Source: Tubulanus polymorphus (taxonomy: Eukaryota > Animalia > Nemertea). Taken from it: a DNA stretch of 64,000 bases. Below are positions 26,374 to 41,116 of the stretch, in pieces. Each line of letters opens with the position of its first letter. Positions within the stretch are counted from its first letter, which is position 1. Both the position numbers and the translations under genes were made by a program. The stretch is from positions 7,936,001 through 8,000,000 of the forward strand of contig NC_134025.1 in NCBI RefSeq assembly GCF_964204645.1, written 5' to 3'. Under the pieces are notes generated by a model. The model was not told where the DNA came from. It searched no databases and saw only the letters and a program-made list of their open reading frames with translations.

Positions 26374-28816
26374 GTCGTGCACGAAGAAACACAAAACAAT
26401 AGAATTCCGTCGTCGTATTTTATATGTTAATATGCCGTAGCGCAGTAAATACAAAATATTTTCTGTGTTTTTTGCCGTACAAACCGTGCAAGAGTGCCAT
26501 TTTAACGCCTAGTTTCTACAGTGACATTTGGATTTTCATTTTATCCAGCCCACGTGCGTGATCGGTACGTTTTTATCGAAGAACCGTCTGAAATCGCCGC
26601 ATGCGTCAATTTTCACTCGCCGTGTCGCTAGTAGCTCCCGATTTATCTGGTTGAGGGTGTTGAATGGTATTAGAATAACGGCGCCGATAGCTCGTGACTA
26701 TATTGATAGTTTGGGTCTGATACGTGATCTATAAACAACCTGGCTCCAGTCCAAGCTTACTCCTATTATTACATTATCAAATTTATACTAAATGAAACAA
26801 GAGACGGTTTAATCTATCATTTCTATATTGTTCTCATGATGAATGACACAAGACGCGTAAACACAGAAAAACTGTTTATACATAAATTGAAATCAATTTT
26901 CAAATTCTGATTGATCGAAAAATTTCGTGCTTCATCGTGAAAAAGCTGTGTGATTATTTTGTAGTCATTTTGCACGGTTGGGTGCCTATAAATAGTAATG
27001 TAAGCTACCCGGAATCTTTTAATAGCAGGTGAAGATCGTCTCAATAAATTATAATCGGTTTTTTAATGTTTTTTCAATGAAAGAAAATGTATGACGCAAT
27101 GTAACCTAAGAACCCGGCACAATGAATTAATTCAAAATGAATGAATTGTTACTGTTATTTACTGATGTTTATGAGATTAATGTGCAAAAGAATAACATTA
27201 TGCGTCATATAGAAATACATTTTCTACAACAATTCACGTAGGACACCTTAGAGTTATAAAACATCATAAAGCTTAAGAGATTTGCTAAGATTAAACCACT
27301 CTCTCCATGAGAAAGAACTGCAATATTCCCACAAAGCTTTATTTATGAAAAGAAGACCTAGACTAATGGATGTATCTTCTGTTTATAAATTGAAATAGAT
27401 AGTTTTCTATGGTCGCGGTTTCATATTACAGCTAATCACACCGATTCTCATGACCCGAGAACAACTAAATCGGCCTATATTACCATATTCGACCAAGCGG
27501 GGATGTTTCGTTTCCAATACTTTATCTAACCCACCGATCAAAATCTTCACCCAAGACTGTGTGTTACTGGGTGCTTATTAACCCAATAAGCCTGAAACTA
27601 TGACACAATTCCTAAATTTAAGTACATTTAGCGAATGACGCCTGCTATATTTATCTTCAAACAGGTGAAAAACTACACATCGATATGCACGTACGTAGTT
27701 TTTGTCGGTCTAAAGTGGTAAAACTGCGTTGGTTAGTGGGTGGTTTTTGCGAAAACATTTCCCTCCGCCAATCTTGCAGCAACCGATGGGAGCCAAAACG
27801 AGCCCTTAAACATCAAAGTATGCCCGTTTCGGATGACGTGTATAGGTTTTAATAATTACGTATTCCGGGTGCTGTTTGATGTGTGGGGTATAACATGTGA
27901 GGGATTTGCTCTTGTCTGTTCACGCTAGGAAACCTTAGTCATAATGAATGAACCGCTAAATGCCTCGGTCCAGCCTGTTTCAAAGAACTTAGTAACTGCT
28001 GTCAATTAGAGAACTGTTAGAGAAAATGACGCGGATACATTTTAGTCTGATGCGAATATACGCTTTGTTTCCTTCTTAACATAATATTTGAATAACTTTG
28101 CAAAAGAATTATTTTTGAAATGAAGATTTCTATGGACACTTTTAGGGCTGGAATTACAGTGAAACCTAAGAAAGTATTGCCTTAATGACAATGGAATATG
28201 ATACCCGCTTTTGGCTTCAAATGCGGGAATGTTGCAAAAAAGTCATTTCGTCGTCGATCAGCGACTTAAGGTTCCAAGACTCAATTGATAGCATGAAACA
28301 AAATCTTTTCTTGGAAATTGCAAGGGGTTTTTGCGCAGTTCATCACGTCGACGGTAGGCCAGGTCTGGCTTCTTGCGATAGATTGATATACGCAGTTGGT
28401 GTCCTGTTAATATGACGTGCTAGAAAAGTTCCAACTCAGAATAAAGTGATCTGTTTTTGTTTCTGAAGTCCTGAGTTTGACATATGAGATATGGATCACC
28501 TCGAAAATAGAATATACCAGGTGAAAACCACATTGAAATTAATAAGAAAATGTCGATCGTTGGTTTTCCAAAGGTGAGGGAGTATATTTCTAACAAACGC
28601 GGGCATATACAAAAACTACAGAATATATATTCTAGCCATCGTACGTATATTATGAATAAATCATCTTTCGCCAATATTAATGCGGGGTTGATCAAAATTA
28701 TTCTAAAAATGCGGATTCGACCCTTGTTACTGCGCTTGACACCCAAAAATGAATTGACCGTAGCAACCATGTTTCTATTGTCTACCATGGTAACAGTCTC
28801 CTGCAAACATCGTTTC

Positions 28817-29592
28817 ATGATGGCAGCTTGTGGAGATAATGTGTCTATTTGCTCTGCTGTATCTTCAGTTTACTCAAAGTATTCTATCAAGGATATCGAA
28901 GATGTTCTCGATGTTTTGTCAGTCAATTCCGATACATCTTCGATTTATACGCAATATTCGATAAAAGATATCGAAGCAGTCCTCGACGTTGGATCGACTG
29001 CTTCAAGAACTGACTTAAGGCCAGATCAGGCGGAAGAAGAATTCGAAGAAACAATCAGTTGTTGCAACTTCAAATTCATCAAACGATTGATAAAAGTTGG
29101 TTCACGTGTTGCTTCATTAGCAAGATGGCTCATAGGTTCGTGTTTATGTTGAGCAAAATGATATCGACCATTGCATTCCTATTTGTTAGAAAGATGCCAC
29201 AAACTGCCTGATATCTCTGTAAATATGAAATTAACATTGTAGAAAGAAGATTTCGAGACATCATGGCCGCTAGGAAGATGTTTCGAAATTTAATAAGGTT
29301 ACCTAATTTTAAGTTTAGAGGAAGACATTCCGAGGTAAGAATGAAATACTTGATCTTTTTTTATCTCCATATAGGCTAGCTATGCCTAAATGCATTTTTT
29401 CTAATCTAATAATTGCTCTAATTTTTGCAGAAAGCAGCACCGACCTTAGGTGATATCGATGGAGAGGTGGAAATTGCTAAATTCGAAAAAACAGTTACAG
29501 AAGACGAAGATGTTGTTCCTAGCTCGAACAACGTCGATGGTTCGGGCGAGCATTTTTGGTCGAATTGGGATTCGGCACGCGATGAACCATGA
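28817..29592 (+). CDS. Uncharacterised 3-exon protein (about 190 aa) with an internal 18-aa repeat
   Basis: Exons 28817-29135 (AG|GTTCGT), 29243-29334 (GAG|GTAAG) and 29431-29592 (TTTTTGCAG|) join in frame: MMAACGDNVSICSAVSSVYSKYSIKDIEDVLDV...SSIYTQYSIKDIEAVLDV...LARWLIERRFRDIMAARKMFRNLIRLPNFKFRGRHSEKAAPTLGDIDGEVEIAKFEK...FWSNWDSARDEP*. Start codon uncertain. Confidence 0.6.
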
Positions 29593-30772
29593 ACATCTTT
29601 ATCAATTAACGGGACAAAAAGGATGATTATGTCAGTCGACCAAGCGCCGCAATGTGAGAACTTCGTGTAATGATTGCGAAATGGGAATCAGCGTCAATGC
29701 TGTAAAAGAGATACATATATATATTTACTGTTATAAAATACACATATTAGTATCATATTCTATCTTGTTACTTTATATTCTTTACGACGTTCTGATATAG
29801 ATCTACTGTCTGTGCTGGGAGGTGGTGATACATCCGTTGATTCGTATCCTGTTGCAGACAAGGGGATTTCTTCTAGTGGAATATCACTCAGCTGAACATT
29901 CACAAATTCATTTGATCTATACACATCACCCGTATGAAAGTGAGATCTCCACGAGATTATGAAATAACACACGTATGAATCATGTATGTTCTCATCTTCG
30001 CTAAATCACTGAATGACGTTGAAAAATGATTCGTTCACGAAAAAAATAGAAAATTCTGACAAAGCTGTTGCTTCAAGAGAAATGGAAGACGAAAGCTTTT
30101 GAAGATTTATTTATTCGTTCAATTTAGCACATTTATCAGAGATAACTCATATATAATGTTTAATCATTAGCTTTGTAACAAGTTTTGGAAAGAGTTCAAA
30201 TAGTAATATTGAAACAGTAACTTCTTTCTATTTCAATTCTTTGCAATACGTATACGATTATTTGAATATAAGTTACGTTGATGCATTAAATATAAGCTCG
30301 AATTAACGATAATATGTTCTGTATTAGAATATGATAAACAATCATTAAGCTGGTCACATTTTCCAATTCTTGGTAGACGTCTTAAAAGATGACTTCAATA
30401 GTCCACACCGGTTCTGCATTCTGGTAGCTCATTTTCTGTTTATGTGTAAAAACAGCGTCAAAATAAAGATTATTCCGATCCAAGTGTTAACACAACGGAG
30501 TATACGATTGCTACACTTCATAAGCACTTCAAAGTAATATATCTGAGAGTAATATCTAGAGCGTTTTAAGTCCAATCGTATCTTATTTACATATATACAG
30601 ATACAACGATCGTATCACGGTGAAATCACAGACATTTTTCAAACATAAATATATCATTCCAAAAAACTATTCATAAAATGCCCCTCAGAACAACAAGTTA
30701 ATGGATATAATTATCAGCTGCTGCCACATCGCGCTGAGAAGACTTCTCCACCTATCGGATATTGATGTTCAT

Positions 30773-33700
30773 TCAACTGCCTGAATCTAAAACAAATGAT
30801 AGCCGTTAGACATATTTTGATGTGATAGTAAATTGAAACATATGGTTTTCTTTACAGTGAACTCACTTCCACAGATCCCTTCTACTAATTTAGATCGGTG
30901 GTACTGCAAAAACTGATATCCCGGAGCTAGGAATACGTGGCCATCGTGTGGTACACTGGCCACCAATCGTAATGCCGTCTGTTCAACATTTCCACCGACG
31001 CCAAATACGAAAATCTCCGCTCCCTTTCGGCGCATTTGCAGCGCCTCTGCAACCGCCTTCATGCGTTTCTTCGGAGCGTGATCAGTGATGACGACGACGA
31101 TCTGTCGCGGTATGTCGATTTTGGCCGCCTTTAATTCTTTTCCGAAGTGTTCTTGACGAGTTCTGTGAAGGAGTGACGTCATATCGTCTGATCTTCTGTC
31201 GGAAAGCGTGCGTAGAAGTTCTTCTGTGGTGCGATATTTTTGCGAATAGAAGTTCGGAAGACTGCCACATTTTCTTGAAAGGAACGATACCTGAACGTGC
31301 TGCCTTTCTACAGGAATCGAAGCGATGACTTCTTTCATGAAATCCATTGCTTGAGCGCGGTCAAAATTATCCAAGCTCTTCATGTCTAACAAAAATGACA
31401 AGGCCGTTCCGTTTCCGATATTGCAATCTAGAAAAAATAATTAGGTAGGCCTAATTTTTGGATTTACGTAAACAGAACGTATCGGAAATGGATGTGGCGT
31501 GGGCGGTGCCCCGACTGATTGTGACGATATGCTCTAGGTCCCAGACATAACGATCTATGTTTGCTTTTTAACTCGTCTGATAAGCTGCCAATGAAACTCC
31601 AAGTATTTGGTTGATTCGAAAAACAAGATGATATATTTTTTAATTGAATATGGATCTAAACCACATCAGAACATCGTGACCTGCTTATATGTTTTTTAGA
31701 CTAGGTGGATATACTCTTCAAAGGAATGCCAATAAGCACAATGCAGGTTTGAATCATTAATGATATTAAGTAGTAAGTAGTGTAACAAAAATCTAATACG
31801 AAAACAAGCTTATTCTTATCATCACGAATGGCTTACCTACATTCACATTTTACATACCTCTACGCACTTCCTCGTTGACAATATTATACTGCGCAAATTT
31901 GGCTAAAGAAGAAAATATGGAGTTTTTACATTATTTACGGACAAAAGTATTACGCTTATTTTTCTCAATGTAATTTGTGTTGACACATTACATACCTAGG
32001 TCTTTCAAAAGATCAACGATGTCGCATTCAATATGCAGATATTCTGCTTTTGTGGGTCCTGACAAGGAGAGATGACAGAAAGAAAATAGAGGCAACAGCT
32101 GAGAATGAGTAACCATGGAGGTTTATCGAAGCAGTAATAAGATTTTGTTGCCAATTTTAAAGTTTAGAGTTTCACTCTTCATGGATGCAAAGTTCAAAAA
32201 GAAAAAGGACATTCATTCACAGTGTCGAAATTAGAGTCTAATTCACTCAGGTCAGAGACAGAGTTTGGTCAATGCGTAATACATTAGCTGTTCCTCTTAC
32301 AGATGAGGTTAATGGATAGTAATAAGCCACTTCAATCGCTAATGCGTGTCTATATCAATGCCAAGGTTGGAGAAACACTGAATATAGAACGGATGTTTTG
32401 CTAATAGACGTCTGCTAAGACTTCGAACGAATCTTCGGGTGTTTGGAAGTAGCAAAAAGAACACATAGAGCAAAGAAATAAGCGCACGTGTCTCTTTATA
32501 GAGAAGTCAGAAAGTGCCGTGAAATAATCAGTAACCTTACCTCCACATGCTTTCCAGATTAGATCACTTGTTATGTCCAGCAACTTATCGTAGTTCTCAA
32601 CTGCGAGGATAAAGTCAGCACCGGACGCAATATTCTTCAGTTCAAAGTCACTTACATTTTTGCCAACCCCAATAGCAAATAATTTGACTCCGGTAGATTT
32701 GAGCAGAGTCGCTTCATCGAGGGTCCAATACGTTTCCTGTGAATTGCCATCCGTAATTACGAACGCTATTTTCGGTACTTCGGGACCACGTGATCCTTGA
32801 TTGCGACGAAAACTGTAAGTTCGCGCCAGTTTTAATGCTTCCCATGTGCTCGTATGGCCGATAGTCTGCTTCGTTTCTAGAAGAGCCTTAACTACTTCGT
32901 CTTTCGTAATATAGTCTTTGAAATTGAACTGTATTCGAGCTTTAGTACTGAATGTGATGGCCCCTATTCTAATGGAATCCGGCTGAATGTTAAAAGCGCT
33001 AACAACTCGCGCAGCAAATTCCATTTGCTTTTTGAAATATTCCGGCCAAATACTACTTGATTCGTCCATTACGAATAAGATATCAGCTTTGGCAATTGTA
33101 CATCGAGTTTCGCCTTCTGATGCATGAAAAGATAAATAAACATACAAATTTCATTTTCATTTTTCATTCTTAGAGGTGCATTTAGAACGGTATCTGGATT
33201 CTGTACATTCAGCTAAGCTCGGGCAATTAGAAGAATTTTTTACCAGAAGGGGACTAGATATACACTCGATGCAATAATGTAAGATGATCATCTTTTTATA
33301 CAAATCTGGCGCCAGTTATAAAAACACGATATGCTGTACGTGTTATCAAACCCTGCGGCGTGCTGGTAGGGAATCTGGTTCAATTTCATCTTATTTACTA
33401 TCAACATGAAACTCGTAAATACTAACTACTTCAAGCAATTGTTCAATTTCTTTTTTAATTCAAGAAATCTTGTTTGTATACATTGTGTTCGTATGTTTTC
33501 ATACCGTAATCTCTCAAAGCAGCTGCACCAGGGTATTGAGGATAGTATTTTCTCGGACCGTCGCTGCTGCTACTTTCTTCAGTGTCACCATCAGACGTAT
33601 CGTCCACGTTGTCGGTTTTGTGTTCAGTAACCGCCGGACTGTTGAATCGACGGACCTCTTCACCCGTTCTCAGTCCTGCACCATGCTCCATATCGGCTTG

Positions 33701-36700
33701 CGGGTCTCGGCGACTACTGCGAGATAGAAATCTGGAATCGACCCAATCACTGCGCCAATCATCACCAGCTGGCTTTTCAGAAATTTCCAATTCTTCTACA
33801 AGGGACAAAAATATACGTTATTTTACACTATTTCAACTTCTTTTTCTATTTCTAATTGACTTATTTCTCTTATGAGTTTCTTTCTAATTGATGAGGCTGT
33901 TATCTGGAGTAGTTTTTTTATCTACGTCCCTGGAAAAAAAGTTGCTTGGTATTTTTCAATATTTTTATACGCTTTAATTAGATACCTATGGCGGCAGTTG
34001 GAATGCAAGTTAAACATTGATATCATCAACTTTGACCATTAATATCCTGTTACATAATTTAAAAATAGTGAGCTGCATAGGACGTTATACCTTCGCAAGC
34101 AATCGGCTGGATAACTTTATCTAAAGCAAAAGCCAAGTCTTCGAGTTGGTCGAATCTATCCACATTGAATATATGCTCTTTTGTTTTTGTGATACGTTCA
34201 AGATGTGACTTGTATTTTAATCCGATCCCGATCGCCATCAGAATAATTCCGTCCTCTTTAGCTAGTTGACCTTCTTCTCGGATAGTACGAGCGTTTCGGG
34301 ATAGGCCATCAGTTATGAGTATACCAATTTTTGGAATCTTTGAAATATAGAAAATAACACTCAATCACTTTTCGGGAATATATTTCAAAGTTTATATTTG
34401 AAATTCGGACGTTTTCTATGGAATAGACGTAGTGCCAATTTTGGTTTTTACGTACATCTTTCCCTCTCGCTCCTTTCGATTTCAAAAAGCTGAATACCCG
34501 CGCTACCCTGATCGCTTCTGAAGTGTCAGTGTCACCTCCTCGAGCTTGTATATGTTTGACGGCATTGAGTAAAAGATGTTTCCAGCCATACGTCTTTAAG
34601 TGAAATGGCACCCTTGCGTCGTCCGAGTAAGTTATCGTTCCAATCTGCACATCCTTCGGGCCGATTGGATACCGCCGAATGATTTTTGTAAGAAGTCCAA
34701 GTTCATGTTTGAAATTCGCATGGTGTACGCTAGATGAGACATCCAGCATAAACACAATGTCAGCCCGGTAATAACGGCATCGTGCTGAAAGAATTAATAC
34801 ACACATTCCCGGTAACCACACTGCATGTACATCACTGTATAGATACGTGGTTTAGAATGATTGATGTATGAAGATAATGAGTTTCTTAGATATCATTCGA
34901 AAGGGACAGTTTTTGATTAATTTTTTTTCAGTATTACAGATGTATAGACTACATTTCCTCGCGTAATATCACTATTACAGCCGGCGTTTTTATCGATAGT
35001 ACCGGTAGTTATCTTTTATTTCGACGTTGGTACGTAATTTTATTGATGCGCGTTACGTAAGCGATCAGACGAGCGTTCGCGCTTTCTGCTCGTTATTGGG
35101 TTCTAAAAACGTCTCGTAGATCAACGATTGAAAAGTAAGACGGACGTTTTTACGGATGGATATCTTATTTTGAGATACTTTTTACAAAATCTATCCATGA
35201 TTACATGGCTCATCTCACCCCTGAGGTTTTGTGTAGCACATGTAATGTTGTAGGAAAACAAAATTTCCATAAATAAACACTGGAAATAAAAAAGAAATCG
35301 CCCATCGCAATCATGAAATCCAATAGAAATTCTTTATATGATATTCATAGCATTGTAAAAGAAATAGAATACTTTTTTCGATTCGATAAACAACGTCTAC
35401 CCTACTAAGTCGAACGAGCATTTTAAACATGAAGCAAATGATCTAATAACATAGTAATGAAATTCATTTCGATGGATTCACATTCTAATCTTACAAATTG
35501 GCCTATTCACTGTTAAATTCAATGATTATTTGCAGAAAAGTATGTAGACATAGGTCCATTAGTTGTTAGGTTAGTGTTCTGCGGTCGTTTGTTGGGTTTT
35601 TTTCAACTAGAAATTCCTAGTTCTGTAGTTGTTAGTGTTTAGATTTTTATTTAGTCGGTTCACCGTGTGGTCTCAAGATATTCATGTTGATATACTGCAC
35701 CATACTGCGAAAGTTGTGTACAGAAATCTGTTGAAGGACTTGCGGTTGTTAGAATTTGTGTTGAAGCAATTCGAATTTACAATCCGCAAAATTTTGTACA
35801 CAGTCATGTCTGAACAATGTAATATCATAAAATGCAGCATCGCTTTCCATCGACTGAAAAGTACTTAGATTTGAAGAGCCTAGGGTGGCGTACGTGATTA
35901 AATTTCGAATTTCAAATAAAAAGATGTTGCTATTTTAAATCCCCAATGAGACAGGTGAACGGTTTTAGCCTATGCTCAGTCAGACGAGAAAAATGCGGTC
36001 GAGTAACCTATCGATGCTCTTCGCAGACAATACAGACAATTTTCAGAAGTAAACATATTTATTGGATCTACGCGAGATTGCCAACATTAAATGATACATA
36101 AACAAATTGCCCCAATTCGCGTTCATTGTTTTACACATCATCTTATCATTTCTATTTTTCGAACAGTGCTAATTTCTCAAGATTTCTGTTTTTATAAGAG
36201 TTTAAAGGAGTGCTTCGATTCGATGGCCTTCATCAAATACATCGAGTCAAGATCCACCATGAATTTCAGGTCAATTATGTTAGTAATAGCAGGCATTTTT
36301 TGTGGTATTCAATATCATTCTCTCCTGATGATAAGTAGATTAGGAATTCAACATTTTTTCAATATCTCAACAAGAACTTTCTCTGAGGGTTCGTGATAGA
36401 TCATGTGATTGAATTCATGTCGATCTTACCGGCTGCAACTGTTCCAACCACAACAACCTGTAAAACAACAAAAATACACATATATATAAAGGGGCTTCGT
36501 TAGTCGGTGTATATGTTAATTAACTTTATTAGTCTACAAGGTTATATACACACACATCAAATAACCCCCGTCGTGAGTACGTTGCCAGAAATTCTAGAAA
36601 AATAAGAATCCGTTTGGTTTTTAAATAACAAAAATGCTTGATATATTTTATGACTAATGGCACAATGTATATCAATCTTATCCCTAGTTTATCTGAAACT

Positions 36701-38733
36701 TTTCTTTGATGATTTTTACTGATATTTATATTTTCCGAAGGTACACTGCCTCACTGACTGATTAAAAATATATAAGCATAACCTGAAATATATACGACGG
36801 TATATCTTTTACAGGTAGGATATGGAATGTCAGATAATGGTTTAAGCGTAATACTGCTTCGGTACACCCGTCATAGAGGAAAATCCTTTCCATTTTCTGC
36901 TTCGCCGTGTAATCGCTAAATTAGTGTCCGCCGAGATACGTATTGCGAACAATTGCTTTACAAAAGTTTGCATTCAAGGTGGCTTATAGGAATATTACGA
37001 GGGAAATCAGAAAATACAGAAAAAGCAACGTTGTTCGAAGCTTGGAGAGTTTAAACTGACAACCATGTTTTGGCAACACGCCATGTAGCCCCAACATTTA
37101 GCTGGGTCTTCGCGGCCGCGTGAATTTAAGGTCCTTGACGTATTCATCGCACAATCGCAAATATTATCAAGATAATTACCCCATGCTTATCCGAACCAAA
37201 CTTTTTATACATTTCAAATGTCTGGTTATATGTATGTATTGCGTAGTAAAATCCAGCACCACCGATGTTAATTCACAGGTAGCTATTTATCACTGGCGGT
37301 AAACGAGGCATTTATCATTCTGACTTAAATAGATAACAATGAGAAATCAGGTTGATTGGTTTCATTTGATATCTGCTTGGGAAGGTTACTGCAATTTTCG
37401 AGAAAAGAATAAATAGGGAACTGAATTACTAATTAGTAGTGGAACAATCACCGTTAAACAGATGAAGAGTCAACTAATTATTTCCCATTCTCAACCTTTT
37501 ACGACCATTACGCATCGCATTTATTTCTAACGAACGGCCAAAATGCCCAATGCGCACGATTGGATCTCTAGCTAGATTTTGATCAACAGCCAATTCCTTG
37601 AATATTATGCCAATCATGTTTTCAAGCTATCCTCCAACTTCCGCAAAATGAACCATAATAGATTTTGACGAACTTCTGAATGAATGCTTCACAGAAAATA
37701 AATCATTATCTCGAGCTGTTAAATCTCTTTAAATCAATCTATCGATTAAGAGTGTTTCACGTGGATGAGAATAAACAAGTTAAGTGCGAGAAATCAAACA
37801 CCAGCCGCTTTGTGGGGTGAGAAATAGGGAGACTAAACATATATTGCTATGGGATGTAATATACCAGTCTGGGAAAAGGGAAAAAATGTTATTTGGCAAA
37901 TGTCCTAGACAGGAAATACGAAGCATTAGTCCTCCTAGTTACTAAAAAGTTAAATGATTTTACAAACGAGGGTAATTGCAAGAGAACGGATGCATCAAAA
38001 ACTTCAGAGAAAATATATTTAGACCAAAATTCGCGATCCACCATGTGAGGTGCCGTCCTGTTGACTTAAAGCAACTTCTCAATTCAGAAATATATCTATT
38101 TATCTAAAGTACATTTCTTTTGTACAAAGCCAAACTTATTGTTTACGTTTTGATAAATAGGGTTTTGCGTTCACAAGTTGGGCAAATTTTTAACAAGTCC
38201 TTCTGCACTTGTTTGCACCTACTTGTGTAACTGTTTTAAGAGTATGCTCCGGATATTAAGAGTCGGGTTTCTCGTGATGTTTTCCCGGTGATACGAACAA
38301 TTTGGTGGTTGGACGTATGTAAATAAGAAAATTACAAATATAGGTGCACAAATTGCGATAGAAAATAACGTAGTGAAAAACGTTGTCCAGTCGTTAAAAA
38401 GTCACATGTAAATTGTATTTTCAAAAAGAATCATACCAACAAAAAACTCATAAATTCGCCACCTATCTGAGATTTTGAAATTTGAAAATCGTAAATTCAT
38501 TTAAATGACTCAGCTTTCAAATGCTTGTTTTTATAGACTGTATAAAAAATGATTATTCATTTAGTTCATTTACATTTCACAGAAACTTGTTCATACAATG
38601 TTTAATGTTTTTTTTTTAAATCAACGACACATATTTCCACGCATTTAAAAAGGTGTCTGTATATCTACAGTCATAAGATATTTCATATAGAACCAACACT
38701 TACCAAATTGAGTATAAACAGACGAATATCCAT
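30773..38733 (-). CDS. Secreted multi-von Willebrand factor A domain protein (collagen VI/XII- or matrilin-like vWA domains, no collagen helix), about 727 aa
   Basis: Ten in-phase exons: 38733-38704, 36457-36430, 34784-34456, 34337-34091, 33795-33505, 33116-32541, 32058-31996, 31902-31858, 31427-30867, 30786-30773. Signal peptide MDIRLFILNLVVVVGTVAA; vWA1 ADIVFMLDVSSSV...ITDG; vWA2 ADILFVMDESSSI...ITDG; vWA3 SFLLDMKSL...VITD. Confidence 0.88.
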
Positions 38734-40774
38734 CTTGTTTTTACGACATTTGATCAATTCTCTAACATTTTCACCAGGTCAGCAAGGCTGCTCAAGTTAT
38801 CAGCAATTCCTTTTGATAGTTTTCTTATAATCCACCGACAAGTTGAAGTTTTCCAAATATTCATAAACTAATCAATTAAACACAAAATGTTCGTCCAAAC
38901 GTGTACAAAATAGTATATTGTTGAGTGTTACTGTATGCGTCTTGCTCTGATGCGATGATTATTCCGCAGAGGAGGTTGTGCTATAAGCTTGCCAAGCTTG
39001 CCTCGACAGGCGAATCAGGCATTACGTAAGCGAAAAAATCGACGACACAAAACAATCGGCAGTTGTAAATACGGTGGCATAATATTCCTTTCACTGTTTC
39101 ACATATGAATATGAATAAACAGGTTGTTGGTTGAAATATCGGTTATATGTTAATATGTGTTTTCAAGTGTTGTCGACACAAATCTTTCAAATTGCAATTT
39201 TTTTCTTTTGGCGTCATTTCAAGTTCATTGTGCCCCATTGCAACGAATAATAATTGGCCATACAAACTGGTTAGGTAAGTATTTGAATTGTAAAAGATAT
39301 TCTACCGGAAGTGCGACCCACCCAAGAAAACTGGACAATATGCCAATTCGTTATGCATAATACAAGTTCTAAAATAAACGAACACATAATTATAACATAA
39401 AACGAAGCAACAATAAATTGGTTTTTATTCGTTACTTTATTTATCTGGTTTTCTAGAATATTACAAAGCATACTACACATGCTTCTATGTAAGTTTGGCA
39501 AGTTTATCAGGTATATATATATATGAATATACAATTTACTGTTGACTAGACTCCAGAGGATGTTGAAAATCTATATCATGACTGCTGGTAATATACGATA
39601 TTCCACGTTTTGTTACCATCATAGAATATTCATATGAAGTGGGCTTGTTGCGTAATAATAAGTAATTTTGACAGCTCCTATGCTGTCGGCGTTTTTTCGA
39701 ATGGCACTTCTTTGGTTTTATGTGAACGAGGCACTTGATGTTTTGACATTGTAGGCTAATCTCTTTTCCTATGCGGAAACATCCACCATTCTGTTCACTT
39801 CATTTTGTAATTAAGATGATGTAAATATATCTCGGACGACGATTTGATGTTTCGGGGTTTTTGAAAGTACATATAAATATATACACTTTTTTCATACAGT
39901 CAAGTGTTCCATATAGTTGGTTTTAGCTCTAACCGTGGACTCTAATACGTAGTCCATGCCGTATCTTACCCAGGTCAAAGTTAAAAGATGTCTATAAAAC
40001 ATACCCTTGGACAGAAAAAAAATCACCCATAAATTACCATCACGAATAAATTGCGCTGGCGTCTGCCGACGTATCGTGCGGTTTTTTTTTTTCAAAGATC
40101 ATCGGCAGCAATTTTTCGTGAATGTTGCTTAATTTACGCATCGTATTATTGTCATTATCATAACCGTTTGATTATTCATCGATAAATCATGCCTTGCATC
40201 TGTGACTTTTCACGGAGAGTAACGCCAGCGTAAATACCGGGTATCATCGACATCATTCTGATTGCACGCGCATAAAAAGTCGACGATGAACAACAGAGGC
40301 AGCAATTTACTCTCCTTATATCTCAATTAATGGTAATTGTCGGGATCGAGCCAAAAAAGTTGCAGGGACGACGTTCATCAGTAAGGAATTATTAGATTTT
40401 TCCTCCACAACAATCGATTATTATATGAATAAGAAGACACTTGGAACGTGTCTATTTTGGGCACATTTTTTTTTTTACCAGACAAGAGAACGAAGTTCAG
40501 TATCAGTATATTAGGTATATATATACATGGAAATAACTCATGTTAATGTCGTTTGTTCTAATTAGGTAATTACGACAAATATACCACAATTTCTGTAATT
40601 TGTATCTTTTATTACATAATCATTTATGTGTATGTCCTACGAAAAGGCCTCCTAAGAAAAAAATTCGCGCGGCTAAATCATTCGTTTTCGTTGATGGTTT
40701 TAACAACTGAATTCTGGTCATGAGGTCATTTTCAATGTGACTTACATTTCTTCTAAAAAGGTCAATGAGGGTTC

Positions 40775-41116
<342 letters not shown>

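Noticed and set aside
28550-28816. N-terminal 89 aa of the 200-aa ORF
   Set aside because: Looks like AT-rich upstream sequence that is open by chance; coding-like character begins near 28817. A longer N-terminus is not excluded.
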